DNA of 64,000 bases from Ramazzottius varieornatus (Eukaryota > Animalia > Tardigrada): positions 8,789,990 to 8,853,989 of the forward strand of contig BDGG01000002.1 of the NCBI GenBank assembly GCA_001949185.1. Direction: 5' to 3'. The translations under genes and the position numbers were made by a program. Of the stretch, positions 63,954-64,000 are shown piece after piece (position 1 is the first letter of the stretch; the number at the start of each line of letters is the position of its first letter). The notes below the pieces were generated by a model. It ran no database searches. It saw only the letters and a list, made by a program, of their open reading frames with translations, and was not told the origin of the DNA.

Positions 63954-64000
63954 GCAAGTGCTGCACAGCTTATTTGTCAATGCAACTTTATGCAGTCCAT

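Noticed and set aside
1-64000. Prokaryotic systems (CRISPR, operons, defence islands)
   Set aside because: Spliceosomal introns and animal genes throughout; no regularly spaced repeat-spacer array seen

Overview
Compact, intron-rich animal (not prokaryotic) DNA with mostly short GT-AG introns (~60-120 nt) and one 50-N gap. Gene content and intron style suggest a small ecdysozoan genome, possibly a tardigrade; this is inference and cannot be proven here. Genes spliced by hand, in order: a secreted stand-alone iGluR-type ligand-binding-domain protein with no ion channel (top finding), a non-alpha nicotinic ACh receptor subunit, a secreted G/S/Y/Q/N low-complexity protein, prune, KIN17, SMIM30, TTC1, EXOSC3/Rrp40, a short NRF1/erect-wing homolog, an SLC6 transporter, TSPO, a ZIP8/14-type metal transporter whose TM4 metal motif lies in a 9-nt microexon (HKF instead of HNF), a Ly6/three-finger-like type I membrane protein, and Drgx (runs off the window end). 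Pseudogenes: CYP2-clan P450, mu-like GST and LRR remnants. DNA transposons are abundant: a piggyBac element and a Tc4/Tc5-like pogo remnant inside an old hAT-like element, a Tigger-like element, and several MITE families. All three head-to-head housekeeping gene pairs carry transposons in their shared upstream interval. All family assignments are by recalled motifs, not database searches.
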